The position numbers were made by a program, and so were the translations under genes. From Octopus vulgaris (lineage: Eukaryota): DNA of 64,000 bases. The notes beneath the pieces are model-generated. The model was not told where the DNA came from. It saw only the letters and a list, made by a program, of their open reading frames with translations, and made no database searches. The stretch is taken from positions 100,192,001 to 100,256,000 of the forward strand of contig OX597822.1 in assembly GCA_951406725.2 (NCBI GenBank), given 5' to 3'. Below, piece by piece: positions 62,259 through 64,000 of this stretch. How positions within the stretch are numbered: the first letter of the stretch is position 1; each line of letters begins with the position of its first letter.

Positions 62259-64000
62259 AGCATGTAAAAAGTATTTTATTTCCCATTTCATTAGTTGAAC
62301 ATCTGAGAAACAGTGTTACAAGCTGTGGAGTACTGGAGGTGTTTTAATGTCTTGTCTTATATGTTCACGAGGTATTGTTGTTGTTTTGGCTTTTCGTCTT
62401 CCTACCATTGATGAAATAACTATCGATAATATAACTTTGGTTTATTCAATTGGCTGTAGTTCCCTCTTTTGAAGATAATAAAACTGGCCTCTGTATCTAG
62501 ACAAAATATTTTTTGTAGATTATTGCTGGTCTTTTCTTCATATTTACTATTAAGCGGTAGGAAATTTTTAATAACCTTACTGATGTGTGCCATAATTAGT
62601 TTTATTTTTTTATAAAAGTACTCTCTTAGCAAGGTTCTTTGTTGCTATTGGATAATTGGTTTTATACTTCATTCTTTCCTTTCAACTGATGACTGGCAAA
62701 TTAAGTTCATTAACCATGAAATTTTGAACATTTAACTAGTGATAAAATTTAGTGCTTTTTCACATTTACCTTGTTTACAGTTGCACATATAGCATTTATT
62801 CTCTCTGATAGAATTGAGGAGAAAAACTAAACGGCCAAATCTGCAATCTATGTAACAATTTTAACCCAATACCATTTTCTTGATTACTTGATTCTTTCCC
62901 CCTCCTCCTTTGTGTCTGTCTGTCTGAGTGAGTGAGTCCTTCCTTCCTTCCACTGTTCAGTAATGGGGATGTAAACAAACCAACACTGGTTGTCAAGCAG
63001 TGGTGGTGGACATGGACACACACACGTATATGTCAGGCTTTTACGGTTTCTGTTTACTAAATTCATTTGCAAGGCATTTATTGGCCCGAGGCTATATTAG
63101 AAAATACTTGCCTTAGATGTCAATGGGACTGAGGCTATATAAGAAAATACTTGCCCAAGGTTCCACAGTGGGACTGAACCTGAAATCACATTGCAAAGCG
63201 AGTGTCTGTACCACAGAGCCATACTTGTGACTATTTGATGTATTTTTAAAAACGATTTTCCTGCTTTTATTATTTTTGCTGCTTTTATTATTTTTTTTTT
63301 GAAATTATATTAAGGAGAAAGACTCTACCCCAAGCTTTGGTCCAGCTGCATTTTTCTGTATGTCATAAGTTGAGAAAGTGAACTATTCTATATTGGTCTG
63401 ATGTGATCATTGTCTTAATTCTCAAGAAATGACTTTTAAATACAGAACTTTGCAGGATAGCAAAATTCTCTATGCAATATTCAAAACCAACCTGTGGAAA
63501 ACGTTAGATGCTCTCTTAATTCTGAGGATGATAAGTCCCGTTTGTAAGGAGAAATTATGAATGTGAGGCTTTGAAATAAAATAACACGTGTACTATAAAG
63601 ACTTTAGGATTACACTCGAATGTTTTTGTTTTTCAATTGTGAAACCTGTCTGATGTTATGCAACACCAGTTTAGCTTAAATCATGTCATAGGTCACTCAC
63701 ACACACACACACACACACACACATTTGTATGTTTGTGCTGTAATTTCCGCAGCTTACCTGTTGTTTGTCTATTAAGAACTAACTTTATTATGCGAATATG
63801 TGAGTAGTTGTTAAAAACATTGCTTCACTTTCTCATCTTTTTAATAACAACTTCATTAGCATTAAATTGCTGTTCTCGAGATTTATTTATATCTTTGACT
63901 AATTAGCTTGGGCATCAGAGTTGCGTGAAGAGCTGATAATGTCAAGAGGCCAATCAATGTTGGTATTGGTGTTTTAATTATTCTAAGTAGTTTTTCTATG

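Overview
AT-rich, repeat-dense animal genomic DNA. The SINE/RTE repertoire and long (TA)n/(CA)n/(GAT)n tracts suggest an octopus-like cephalopod; this is an inference, not a database match. Only one host coding exon is recognisable: the first coding exon of a UBE2O-like E2/E3 hybrid ubiquitin-conjugating enzyme (41757-41966, +), with a CpG-rich promoter. The remaining ~22 kb downstream appears to be its first intron. Almost everything else is transposon-derived and often nested: at least four tRNA-derived SINE families, RTE, CR1 and Hero-like LINE fragments, Tc1/mariner relics, non-autonomous Helitrons, and piggyBac-, Merlin- and hAT-like MITEs. The most striking structure is a spacerless 2.1-kb palindrome (13710-15815) inserted in a SINE's (TA)n tract. 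Each arm ends in a type I hammerhead ribozyme fold, as in non-coding Penelope-like/retrozyme elements, and further degenerate hammerhead-like inserts sit in other (TA)n tracts. Also notable are a ~21-copy 68-bp array amplified from an RTE 3' UTR module, a SINE tetramer inside one 19-bp TSD, and a ~1-kb foldback element containing TTAGGG repeats. Most ORFs in the supplied track are spurious. Repeat boundaries were read by eye and are approximate unless a TSD/TIR is quoted.
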